The notes below the pieces were generated by a model, which was not told the DNA's origin, searched no databases, and saw only the letters and a list, made by a program, of their open reading frames with translations. Below, piece by piece: positions 63,986 to 64,000 of a stretch of 64,000 nt of DNA. The position numbers and the translations under genes were made by a program. This stretch comes from Octopus sinensis (lineage: Eukaryota), in assembly GCF_006345805.1 (NCBI RefSeq), contig NC_043019.1, positions 27,093,360-27,157,359 of the forward strand, in the 5' to 3' direction. The number at the start of each line of letters is the position of its first letter. Position 1 is the first letter of the stretch.

Positions 63986-64000
63986 TTTTTTTTTTTTTTG

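Overview
This is AT-rich, microsatellite-saturated animal genomic DNA, not prokaryotic. The repeat repertoire looks like a cephalopod (Octopus-like) genome; that is inference. Most ORF-track entries are microsatellite artefacts. Two convergent spliced genes can be built by hand. (1) A complete EBAG9/RCAS1 orthologue on + (4 coding exons, 32745-41024, 204 aa). (2) The 3' part of a calpain-like gene on - (four exons, 61137 to 54855). Its CBSW/domain III appears to splice directly into a 4-codon terminal exon giving a CaaX end (CKLS*) with no penta-EF-hand. The rest is a dense nest of mobile elements: several tRNA-derived SINE families, R4/Dong, Hero, Tx1 and RTE LINE remnants, mariner/Tc1/maT/pogo, hAT, Merlin-type MITEs carrying telomeric repeats, Helitrons, a Chapaev3-like remnant and a solo LTR. 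The most striking unannotated signal is a set of short, often palindromic, microsatellite-embedded elements carrying type I hammerhead-ribozyme motifs of the Penelope/retrozyme kind, two with an intact core and good stems. Also notable is a stack of R4/Dong 3' ends that both sit in and carry (TACA)n. A 100-N gap lies at 61138-61237.
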